From assembly GCA_035519535.1 (NCBI GenBank), contig DATIWF010000116.1, positions 2,953-66,952 of the forward strand: a stretch of DNA of 64,000 nucleotides. The letters run 5' to 3'. The translations under genes were made by a program, and so were the position numbers. Below, piece by piece: positions 54,830 to 63,031 of this stretch. Under the pieces are notes generated by a model that was given only the letters and a program-made list of their open reading frames with translations, was not told where the DNA came from and ran no database searches. This stretch comes from Vicinamibacterales bacterium (lineage in GTDB: Bacteria; Acidobacteriota; Vicinamibacteria; Vicinamibacterales; SCN-69-37). Within the stretch, counting starts at the first letter, position 1, and every line of letters begins with the position of its first letter.

Positions 54830-55602
54830 CGAACGCCGCCCTCGCCACGCTGGCCGTCGTCCTGGCCACGGCAGGCGCGGCCGCCCAGTCGGCGTCGCCC
54901 GCCGTCCCGACGTATCACTTCGAGCCGACCGAACCGGCGACGCTCTCGCGCCGGTACAGCGAGCCGCAGCGTCTCGCGATCGAGAAACTCAATCGCCGCG
55001 ATCTCGACCACGTGCTTCGACTGCAGACCATCGTCGTGCCGGACGCCTGGCCCGCCGACGAGCTGTCGCTGAGCCCGCTGCCGCACGAGTGGGCCTGGGC
55101 CGCAACGATTCCGAAAGTCATCGTCGTGCACCAGCCGAGCCAGGTCTTCGGTGCGTATGAGTCCGGGCGGCTCGTCCGGTGGGGGCCGGTCAGCTCGGGC
55201 CGTAAGGACATGCCCACACCGCCCGGCATCTTTCACTTGACGTGGAAGGCGAGGAGCCGGCGCAGCACCGACAACGCTGACTGGCTCCTCAAGTGGTACT
55301 TCAATTTCATCAACGAGCGCGGCGTGTCATTTCACGAATTCGAGCTGCCGGGGTACCCGGCGAGCCACGCGTGCGTGCGGCTGCTCGCGCCCGACGCGCA
55401 GTGGCTGTTCCAGTGGGGCGACGAGTGGCAGCTCGCGCCCAACCAGCGCGACGTCCTCACGGCCGGCACGATCGTCGTCGTCCTCGGCGAGTACGCGTTC
55501 GGTCAGCCGCCGCCCTGGCGCTCGCTCGACTGGTGGCGCACGCCCATCGTGCTGCCGGACACACCGGCCTGGCCGCCGCTACTTCCGGACCACAGGGTCT
55601 AG
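54826..55602 (+). CDS. L,D-transpeptidase (YkuD) domain protein
   Basis: Signal peptide is followed by the catalytic region FHEFELPGYPASHACVRL (H...SH[GA]C.R). The start is TTG 54826 (TTGA overlap) or GTG 54817. Confidence 0.72.
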   Translation: MTNAALATLAVVLATAGAAAQSASPAVPTYHFEPTEPATLSRRYSEPQRLAIEKLNRRDLDHVLRLQTIVVPDAWPADELSLSPLPHEWAWAATIPKVIVVHQPSQVFGAYESGRLVRWGPVSSGRKDMPTPPGIFHLTWKARSRRSTDNADWLLKWYFNFINERGVSFHEFELPGYPASHACVRLLAPDAQWLFQWGDEWQLAPNQRDVLTAGTIVVVLGEYAFGQPPPWRSLDWWRTPIVLPDTPAWPPLLPDHRV

Positions 55603-58600
55603 TCCGAGCCGCTTGGCCTCCGTGTTGAATACGGCCAGGTCGCCCAGCAGCGCCTCTTCGAGTTTGTCCGTCTCGGCCTTCAACTCCTTGACGAGGTCCT
55701 GGAAGATGATCGGCGCGTTGGTCGTCGGCTTGCCGTCGCCGTTGCCGACCATCGAGAGCAGGGACGCCAGTCGGTTGTTCGTCTTGATCGGGTAGTTCAA
55801 CGGGTCCTGGCCGCTCTGGTTCTTCACCTGATAGATCTCGCCCTCGACCGCGCTCAGGTTCGCCGTCAGCTTGTCGCCGGCCGCCTTGAGTCTGGCGTCG
55901 TTCGACTTGCCGAGCCGGTCGGCGATCTGCGCCTTGATGTTGCGGATGTCGATCACGGCCTGGTTCGCTTCGCTGGTCTTGTCGCGAATCTGGATCGCGA
56001 GGTCGAACTGCGCCTGCAGGTCCGCGTCGGTGGCGCTGTAGAGCGGATGGCGCTTGACGACGAGCGGCTGGGTCTGCGTCTGGCCGTCGACGGTCAGGCG
56101 GACCGTGTACGTGCCGGGAGGCGCGGCCGGGCCCTGCACGCCGCCGCCCCAGAGGATCATGCCCGGGAACGACGTCGCGTTCGGGTAGCGCAGATTCCAC
56201 GTCACGTTGTTGAGGCCCGCCCCCATCGGCGCGTTCGCCGGGCCGCCCCCGCCGCCGCGGCCGCCACGCCCGCCGCCCCGCCCGCCTGCCGGTGCCGCCT
56301 CTTCGGCCGCCGCGGTCGAGCCACCGAACGTCGCGACGACCGTGCCCTTCGCATCGACGACGTCAATCGTCAGCGACTGCGCGGGCCGCCGGAGCAGGTA
56401 CTGAATCAACCCGCCGCCGGCGGATCGAATCGCCGCGTCGGGCTTGAAGAGATAGGCCTGCGCGGACAGCACCTGGGCGCTGTACTGGCGGAGCGGTCCG
56501 ACGCGGTCGAGGATGTAGAACCCGCGTCCGTGCGTGGAGATCACGATGTCGTTCGCTTCGACCGCGATGTCGCAGACCTGCGTGTCGGGCAGGTTGAGCG
56601 ACAGCGGCAGCCAGTGATCGCCGTCGTCATACGAGACGTAGAAGCCGTGCTGCGCGCCGGCGTAGAGCAGGCCGCGGCGCGTCGGGTCCTCGCGGACGGC
56701 GTGCGTGTAGTCGTCGGCGCGGATGCCGGTGACGATCTTCGTCCACGTCGCGCCGTAGTCGTGGGTGCGGAAGATGTAGGGCGCGAAATCGTCGAGCAGC
56801 GGCTTTTTCACGGCGACGTAGGCCGTGCCCGCGTCGAATGCGGACGCGTCGATGATGCTCACGCGCCCGAGGTCCGGCATGTCCTTCGGCGTGACGTTCT
56901 TCCAGGTCTTGCCGCCGTCGCGCGTGACCTGGACGTAGCCGTCATCGGTGCCCGCCCAGATGACGTTCACGTCCTTCTTCGACGGACCGATCGCGAAGAC
57001 CGTCGCGTAGACCTCTGGGCTGTTCATGTCGTGCGTGATCGGTCCGCCCGAGTCGCCCATCGTCTTCGGGTCGTGACGGGAGAGGTCCGGGCTGATGCGC
57101 GTCCACGACTCGCCCTGGTCGCTCGACTTCCACACGTGCTGCGTCGCGGTGTACAGCACTTTCGGATCGACCGGCGAGAAGATGATCGGGAACGTCCACT
57201 GGATGCGCTCGACGAGCGCGCTCGAGGGCTCGCCCGAGAACTCGCGCGGGTACGGGCCGACTTCGCGCGTTTCGCCCGTGCGCCGGTTGAGCCGCTCGAG
57301 GAACGACCCGTTGTTGCCGCCGGAGAAGAAGATATCGGGATCTTTGGGGTCGGTCGCGATGTAGCCGGGCTCGGCGCCGCCAGCGTTGTACGTGCCGGCC
57401 AGCGGATCGGCGTTGGCGCCGCCGCCACGGCCGCCCGCGCCGCCGCCTCCGCCGCGGCCCCCGCGGCCGAATCCGCCGGCGAGGCCCGTGTTGCTCGGCA
57501 CGCAAATCGTGCTCGAGTCCTGCTGCGCGCCGCACACGTGATACGGCACGTGCTTGGTCGTGATGACGTGATAGAACTGGCCGGTTGCGTACGCGCGGCC
57601 GGTCCAGGTCGCCGGCGTGCCGAGCGCGTTGTACGTGATCTGCCCGCCGCCGTCGTTCGCGTACATCGCGTGGTTCGAATCGTCGGGGTCGACCCAGAAG
57701 TCGTGCGAGTCGCTGCCCGCGTAGTTGGTGAACGTCACGCCGCCGTCGGTTGAGCGGAACGTGCCCACGTTCTGCGCGTAGACGAGGTCCTTGTTGTGGG
57801 TGTCGGCCGTGATGTGCGTGTAGTAGAACGCGCGCTGCCGGAGGTTCCGGCCGCTGTTGACCAGCTTCCACGTCGCACCCGCGTCATCCGATCGGAAGAC
57901 GCCGCCGTTGTCGTTCTCGACGATCGCGTAGACGCGGTTCGAGTCCGCCGCGGACACCGTCACCCCGATCTTGCCGATGAGGCCCGTCTGCGGCAGCCCG
58001 GGGTTGCGCGTGATCTCCGTCCAGTGCTCGCCGCCATCGGTGGACTTGAACAGGCCGCTGCCCGGCCCGCCCGACGACATCGTGTACTCCATGCGGAAAG
58101 CTTCCCAGAGCGCGGCGAACATCACGTCGGGATGATTGCGGTCGATCCACAAGTCGACCCCCGCCGTCTTGTTGTCGCGGAAAAGCACGCGCGTCCACGT
58201 CTTGCCGCCGTCGGTCGTCTTGTAGATGCCGCGCTCGTCGTTCGGCGCGCCGTAATGGCCGAAGACGGCGACGAAGACGATGTCGGGGTTGGTCGGATGG
58301 ATGCGGATCTTCGAGATGTTCTGGCCGTCGCGGAAGCCGATGTGCGTCCACGTCTTGCCCGCGTCGGTGGACTTGTAGACGCCGTCACCGGGCTGGATGT
58401 TGCCGCGGATGCACGACTCGCCCGTGCCGATGAAGACGATGTCGGGGTTGGACTCGGAGACGGCCACCGCGCCGACCGACGAGCTCGTGATCTGGCCGTC
58501 GGTCACCGGCGCCCATGTCACGCCGCGGTCCGTCGTCTTCCACAGGCCGCCGCCGGTGGCGCCGAAGTACCCGACGTTCGGTTGCCCCTTGACGCCCGTC

Positions 58601-58794
58601 ACCGTCAGCGAGCGTCCGCCCCGCTCCGGGCCGATGCTCCGCCACTTGAACGTGCTGAGAATCGTGGAGTCGGGAGCGGGCGACGGGCCGCTCTGCATCT
58701 CGTCGCGCGCCGCCGGGTGCAGTGCGAGCGCGCTCGAGAAGATCAGGGCCAGCGCGATGCCGAGCGCCAGGCCGGGACGGAATTTCGGGGACAT
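55579..58794 (-). CDS. Giant secreted BNR/sortilin-VPS10-type tandem beta-propeller protein
   Basis: ATG at 58794 lies 8 nt after AGGAGGAG. Signal peptide is followed by repeated S-x-D-x-G-x-T-W (BNR/Asp-box) motifs (KSTDAGKTW, KTTDGGKTW, KSTDGGEHW, RSDDAGATW, ...). There are two RGG-rich inserts. Confidence 0.88.
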   Translation of the reverse strand: MSPKFRPGLALGIALALIFSSALALHPAARDEMQSGPSPAPDSTILSTFKWRSIGPERGGRSLTVTGVKGQPNVGYFGATGGGLWKTTDRGVTWAPVTDGQITSSSVGAVAVSESNPDIVFIGTGESCIRGNIQPGDGVYKSTDAGKTWTHIGFRDGQNISKIRIHPTNPDIVFVAVFGHYGAPNDERGIYKTTDGGKTWTRVLFRDNKTAGVDLWIDRNHPDVMFAALWEAFRMEYTMSSGGPGSGLFKSTDGGEHWTEITRNPGLPQTGLIGKIGVTVSAADSNRVYAIVENDNGGVFRSDDAGATWKLVNSGRNLRQRAFYYTHITADTHNKDLVYAQNVGTFRSTDGGVTFTNYAGSDSHDFWVDPDDSNHAMYANDGGGQITYNALGTPATWTGRAYATGQFYHVITTKHVPYHVCGAQQDSSTICVPSNTGLAGGFGRGGRGGGGGAGGRGGGANADPLAGTYNAGGAEPGYIATDPKDPDIFFSGGNNGSFLERLNRRTGETREVGPYPREFSGEPSSALVERIQWTFPIIFSPVDPKVLYTATQHVWKSSDQGESWTRISPDLSRHDPKTMGDSGGPITHDMNSPEVYATVFAIGPSKKDVNVIWAGTDDGYVQVTRDGGKTWKNVTPKDMPDLGRVSIIDASAFDAGTAYVAVKKPLLDDFAPYIFRTHDYGATWTKIVTGIRADDYTHAVREDPTRRGLLYAGAQHGFYVSYDDGDHWLPLSLNLPDTQVCDIAVEANDIVISTHGRGFYILDRVGPLRQYSAQVLSAQAYLFKPDAAIRSAGGGLIQYLLRRPAQSLTIDVVDAKGTVVATFGGSTAAAEEAAPAGGRGGGRGGRGGGGGPANAPMGAGLNNVTWNLRYPNATSFPGMILWGGGVQGPAAPPGTYTVRLTVDGQTQTQPLVVKRHPLYSATDADLQAQFDLAIQIRDKTSEANQAVIDIRNIKAQIADRLGKSNDARLKAAGDKLTANLSAVEGEIYQVKNQSGQDPLNYPIKTNNRLASLLSMVGNGDGKPTTNAPIIFQDLVKELKAETDKLEEALLGDLAVFNTEAKRLGLDPVVRK

Positions 58795-58802
58795 GGGCAC
58801 GC

Positions 58803-58827
58803 CTCCTCCTACCGCAAGTAGGAGGAG
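58803..58827 (-). promoter_or_regulatory. SD-sequestering hairpin in front of the BNR/VPS10 gene
   Basis: mRNA-sense CUCCUCCUA-(cuugcgg)-UAGGAGGAG forms a perfect 9-bp stem. The 3' arm is the only SD for the ATG at 58794. Confidence 0.5.
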
Positions 58828-58888
58828 TGTAAACCATCGGCGTGCGGCGTGCGACGGCCGGGAGCGCGTGCGACTGCGCCTGGACGCG

Positions 58889-59971
58889 CTACCGCAGAAT
58901 CTGTTCCAGGAACGCGAGCGCGCGGGGGTCCTTGGACTGGCCGAGCGCAGAGACCGCTTCCTTGCGGACCGCTTCGGTGCTCTTCGTGGACTTCGCGAGG
59001 TCGATGAGGGTCGGGACCGCCTGATCGTTCGGCAGCCGGCTCAGTCCCGACACCGCGCGCCGCTTCACATCGTCGTTCGTGTCTTTTTCGATGATCGCGA
59101 GCGTCGCGGCCAGGCCGTTGACGCCGGCGCGCTGCGGGTACCAGTAGACGGCCTCCGCGCGGAGCCTCGCGTCGGGATCGTTCTGCGCGAGTGCGAGGAG
59201 TGCGTCGGCGGTGCCCGGCTGGCGCGTCTGGCCGAGCGACGTCACGAGCGACCGGCGCGTGGCGGGGTCCTTCTCGGCGGCAATCAGCGACCGCAGCGTG
59301 GCGAAGCCGTGCGCGCCGCGCATGGAGCCCAGGTAGCTGGCCGCGCGGCGCCGCGTGTCAGCATTCGAGCTCGAGGCCGCCAGTCGATCGAGGATGGCGT
59401 CGGCGGCGGGATCGCGGTGGACGGCGATGGCCGAGAGCGCGCCCTCGCGGAACCGGTTCTGTTCGTCGAGCGGCTGGCCATCGGTCTTCAGCAGGTTCTC
59501 GAGGAAGCGCAGGCTCTCGGTGCTCGAGATGCCGGTGAGCCAGTAGAACGTGCGGCCGCCGGCGTCCATCGGGCAGTCGTCGCCGACCGACCGCAGGCGT
59601 TCCATGCGCCCGTTGATCACCCGGACGAGCACGACGATGCCCGTGCCGCCTTCGAGCGCCACGGGGCCGGTGGGCGCTGCGATCTGGGGCGCGTTCATGG
59701 CCGGGCCCTGGCTCGGCTCGAGCATGTCGCCGCGGATGTAGCCGGTGCGGTCGGTGAACCACGTCGAGCACATGTTGCGCTCGCCGTCGATCATCGGCTC
59801 GCGCCACGCGACCCACACGGGGTCCGCGCCGCTGCCAACGGCCGACAGCTCGCGATCGATCGACGTCGCGGCGCGCGTCTCCACGCGCCCGTTCTGGACG
59901 AGCGGTTGCTGCGCCGCCTGCACGAACGGCAGCGCCGCGGCCAGGGTCAACAGGGCAAGCGTCGTACGCAT
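58889..59971 (-). CDS. Secreted protein with unknown N-domain and C-terminal HEAT/armadillo-like repeats
   Basis: ATG at 59971. Signal peptide MRTTLALLTLAAALPFVQA. The C-terminal repeats contain D..VR..A...LG-type motifs (DTRRRAASYLG, DARLRAEAV, DVKRRAVSGL, EAVRKEAVSALG). Confidence 0.7.
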   Translation of the reverse strand: MRTTLALLTLAAALPFVQAAQQPLVQNGRVETRAATSIDRELSAVGSGADPVWVAWREPMIDGERNMCSTWFTDRTGYIRGDMLEPSQGPAMNAPQIAAPTGPVALEGGTGIVVLVRVINGRMERLRSVGDDCPMDAGGRTFYWLTGISSTESLRFLENLLKTDGQPLDEQNRFREGALSAIAVHRDPAADAILDRLAASSSNADTRRRAASYLGSMRGAHGFATLRSLIAAEKDPATRRSLVTSLGQTRQPGTADALLALAQNDPDARLRAEAVYWYPQRAGVNGLAATLAIIEKDTNDDVKRRAVSGLSRLPNDQAVPTLIDLAKSTKSTEAVRKEAVSALGQSKDPRALAFLEQILR

Positions 59972-60035
59972 GAGCACCCTTCTTGGAACCTCTCGGGAAC
60001 GTCTCGGGAACCGCGAGGAACCCCTGAGGGCACCC

Positions 60036-61559
60036 CTATTTGATGACTTCGAGCAGGTAATCCGCCGCGACCTTCGAGCGCGACGACATCTCCGCGAGCC
60101 GGCGCACGATCTCACGCTTCAGCTCGATGTTGGTCGTTTCCTTGCGCGCGATCGCGACGAGGCCGGTGTCGTTGTTCTGATTCGCGAGCGCGGAGATGAT
60201 CGCCATCTTGGCGTCCTTGTCCTGCTCGGTGCTGTACATCTCGACGAGCGTCGAGCCCGTCTTGTCGACCTTCTGACTGCCCAGGCTGCGGACCGCCTGC
60301 TGGCGCACCACGGGCTCCTTGTCCGTCTTGGCGATCTGCAGCAGCTGGTCGACCGCGCCCATCGAGCTGAACGCCCGCACCATCGCGATCCGCAGGTCCT
60401 TGTCCGGCTCCTTCTGATACAGCGTCCACAGTTCCTGCGGCGCGGCCAGGTCGGTCAGGTTGCTGACCGCGCGCGACCGCAACTCGGTCGGCGCGCCGCT
60501 TTGGACGATCGTGATGAGCGATGACTTGTCGCCGCTGGTGCGATACGCGTCGATGATGGCGCGCTTGATCGAGAGGTCGGTCGTTGACTCGTAGATCTGA
60601 CGCATGTCGGCGGCTGTCGTCGGCTGCTTGCTCCGGCGCGTGGCCAGGTAGCTGATGGCCTCTCGCTGGAGGTCCGGGTTGCCGCTGCCCTTGGCGTAGC
60701 TGAGCACCACTTCGTGAGCGCGAGGTTGATCACTCAGCGCGAGAAGGTAGAGCGCCCGTCGCTTCAACGCCAGCGAGTTGGTCCCGGTGAGGACGGTCTC
60801 GCAAAGCTGGGCTCCGCGGACCGGGTCGGAATTCATGATTCCCTGAATCGCCAGCAGCTTGATGTCGTCGTCATCGATCGCGCCCACCGCCGGCTTCTTG
60901 ACGTCGGCTTCAAGTACCTTCGCGTCGTTGAGGTAGCGGCTCTGTGGGTAGTCCTTGCGCAAGGTGCCAATCGTCTCGAGCGCGTCCTGGCCTTTGCCGA
61001 GCTTGTACTGGGCGAACGCCTTCCAGTACAGCGCGCCGTCGGCGTGCGTGCCCTTCTGGCTGATCGTCCGGTCGAATCGTACGATCGCCTGGTCGAACTG
61101 GCGCTGTCCGAGCAGGCTCAGCCCCGAGCTGTACGTGCTGCTCTCGGAGTCCTGGCCGGCGAAGGCGAACCCGCGGTCCTGCCAGCCCATCAGATCCATG
61201 CGCAGCTCGGGCATTTGGAAGCGCCATTCCTGGGCCTGCTCGCGCGCGCGGTCGGCTTCCTCGCGGGCCCGTTCGGCGGCCTCGCGGATCGCCTGCGTGT
61301 CGATCGACTGCGCTGCGACTTGCGCGGCGCGCACGGCGTCTTCGATCGCCAGGCGATCGATGACCGGCGGCGCCACGATGACGCTCGGCGGCTCGGGCGG
61401 CACGGGCAGGGGCGCGACCGGCGCGACGGCGGGCGGCCGGGGGGCTTCCGCGGGGCGCGGGGGCGGCGCGGGCGGCGGCGTCTGCGCGGCGGCCAGCATG
61501 GGCACGAGCATCAGGATTCCGGCGAACGGGGCAAGTCGCGTCATTGGGGCCTCACTCAC
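60036..61559 (-). CDS. Secreted protein: Pro-rich segment, coiled coil, TPR-like region, then HEAT-like repeats
   Basis: 507 aa. Signal peptide, PPPAPPPRPAEAPRPPAVAPVAPLPVPPEPP, then YWKAFAQYKLGKGQDAL (TPR-like) and repeated ..LR..A...L.. helices. The start overlaps the anti-sigma stop by 8 nt. Confidence 0.7.
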   Translation of the reverse strand: MSEAPMTRLAPFAGILMLVPMLAAAQTPPPAPPPRPAEAPRPPAVAPVAPLPVPPEPPSVIVAPPVIDRLAIEDAVRAAQVAAQSIDTQAIREAAERAREEADRAREQAQEWRFQMPELRMDLMGWQDRGFAFAGQDSESSTYSSGLSLLGQRQFDQAIVRFDRTISQKGTHADGALYWKAFAQYKLGKGQDALETIGTLRKDYPQSRYLNDAKVLEADVKKPAVGAIDDDDIKLLAIQGIMNSDPVRGAQLCETVLTGTNSLALKRRALYLLALSDQPRAHEVVLSYAKGSGNPDLQREAISYLATRRSKQPTTAADMRQIYESTTDLSIKRAIIDAYRTSGDKSSLITIVQSGAPTELRSRAVSNLTDLAAPQELWTLYQKEPDKDLRIAMVRAFSSMGAVDQLLQIAKTDKEPVVRQQAVRSLGSQKVDKTGSTLVEMYSTEQDKDAKMAIISALANQNNDTGLVAIARKETTNIELKREIVRRLAEMSSRSKVAADYLLEVIK

Positions 61560-62343
61560 TTGAAGTCAGAAGGTCTTTCTGTCGTGCATGAATCTGGTTG
61601 GCGACGGCGCGAACCTTGAACAACAGGCTCTCATCGTCGATGCGGGACCGCAGGGACTTGAAATCCTTCGCGGCCACGTGCTCCGGGCTCCTGGCGACCT
61701 CGACGAGCACCGACTCGAGGTCGTCGAGCATCTGCGCGAACTGCAGGTCGCCGTTCTGTTTGGCCGTCACGCGATACAGCCGGCCGGAGGCGACGAGGTC
61801 ATCGGCGGTCGCGCGCTCGAACGAGAGATCCGCGCGGTCATCGGGCGCGTTCATCAGCTCGACGAGCAACATCTCGGTCTGCTGAAAGTGATCGTCGAGT
61901 GCGGTCAGCAGGACGCGCTCGCGATCGCGGGCCTGGCCGCGCGCGCTCGCTGCGGCGGCGGTGACCGTCGCCGGGGCCGTCGGGACGCCGCCCGCCGGCC
62001 GCGGCTCGCGGCTCGAGCGCCACTCGTACCCAATCGCCACAGCGATGACCACGACGGCCGCGAATGCGATGGCCGGGACCAGCCGCCACATCCACCCGGT
62101 GGACCGGCGCTCGGGCAGGGAAGCCTGCACCCGCGCCCACATCGTGCGCTCGAACCCGTCGCCGGGCTCGGGGACCGCGGCCGCGTCCACCATCCTCAGC
62201 GTCTCGCCGAGCTCCGCCCACGCCTGCCGGCACGTGCCGCAGGTCGCGAGGTGCTCGTCGATGCGGCCCTCTTCGTTAGGGCTGCCTTCGCCGTAGAAAT
62301 GGAGGATGAGGTCCTCGTCGCTTGGGTGCCACATGGTCATCAC
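61552..62343 (-). CDS. Anti-sigma factor (zf-HC2 type, single TM)
   Basis: The H-x3-C-x2-C motif HLATCGTCRQAW lies near the N-terminus, followed by one TM segment (WRLVPAIAFAAVVVIAVAIGY). It sits directly downstream of the ECF sigma gene. Confidence 0.8.
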   Translation of the reverse strand: MMTMWHPSDEDLILHFYGEGSPNEEGRIDEHLATCGTCRQAWAELGETLRMVDAAAVPEPGDGFERTMWARVQASLPERRSTGWMWRLVPAIAFAAVVVIAVAIGYEWRSSREPRPAGGVPTAPATVTAAAASARGQARDRERVLLTALDDHFQQTEMLLVELMNAPDDRADLSFERATADDLVASGRLYRVTAKQNGDLQFAQMLDDLESVLVEVARSPEHVAAKDFKSLRSRIDDESLLFKVRAVANQIHARQKDLLTSSE

Positions 62344-62390
62344 TTCAAACCTGGAACTTCGAACTCACCGACTTCCCGACTCCCTGACTT

Positions 62391-62966
62391 TCACGATCCC
62401 TTCAGCTCCATGAGCGGTTTGAGCGCGACTCGCATCTTGCGCACCGCCCGGAAGATCGAATGCTTCGCGGCGTTCGACTTCAGATCCAGCGTCTGACAAA
62501 TCTCCTCGATCGAGCAGCCGTGATAGTGCCGCATCAAGAACGCCGCCCGCTCCTGCGGGCTCAGGGCGCCAAGCGCCTCCTGCACGCGCTCGCCGATCTC
62601 GCCTGCGTAGACCAGGTCGTCGATCGACGGGGCCGACGAGGTGGGCGCCATCTGCTCGAGGTGCTCGTCCGACTCGGCGGATTCGCGACGGGGCCGGGCT
62701 CTCATGTAATCGATCGCGCAGTTGAATCCGATCCGGTAGAGCCATGTCGCGAAATTCGATCTCGCCTCGAAGCGGCCAAGCTGTCGATACGCCCGGACGA
62801 ACGTTTCCTGCACGACGTCTTCGGCGTCCTCGGGCCGGCCGGTCATGCGGTACGCCAGCCGGTAGATGCTGCGGCTGTGCCGCTCGACGAGCACCCGGAA
62901 GGCGTCCTGGTCGCCGCCACGAGCCTTGGCGACGGCCTCCGCGTCGTCCGAATGCATCTGCTTCAT
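62391..62966 (-). CDS. ECF (group 4) RNA polymerase sigma factor
   Basis: ATG at 62966, 191 aa. Region 2 is FRVLVERHSRSIYRLAYRMTGRPEDAEDVVQETFVRAY...FATWLYRIGFNCAIDYMR and region 4 is LSPQERAAFLMRHYHGCSIEEICQTL. Confidence 0.9.
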   Translation of the reverse strand: MKQMHSDDAEAVAKARGGDQDAFRVLVERHSRSIYRLAYRMTGRPEDAEDVVQETFVRAYRQLGRFEARSNFATWLYRIGFNCAIDYMRARPRRESAESDEHLEQMAPTSSAPSIDDLVYAGEIGERVQEALGALSPQERAAFLMRHYHGCSIEEICQTLDLKSNAAKHSIFRAVRKMRVALKPLMELKGS

Positions 62967-62992
62967 TAGACGGGTCGCTGTCCGGCCGGTTA

Positions 62993-63020
62993 GGAACGCG
63001 GGACCGGGCAGTATCTTTCC
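62993..63020 (-). promoter_or_regulatory. Candidate autoregulated ECF-type promoter GGAAAG-N16-CGTTCC
   Basis: Read on the minus strand about 30 nt upstream of the sigma ATG. It resembles the common ECF GGAAC-N16/17-CGT pattern. This is motif-level evidence only. Confidence 0.35.
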
Positions 63021-63031
63021 TCTACGATAAT

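Noticed and set aside
58795-58800. GTG 58800 as the start of the BNR/VPS10 gene
   Set aside because: It lies only 2 nt from the SD. The ATG at 58794 has an ideal 8-nt spacing and gives a normal signal peptide.
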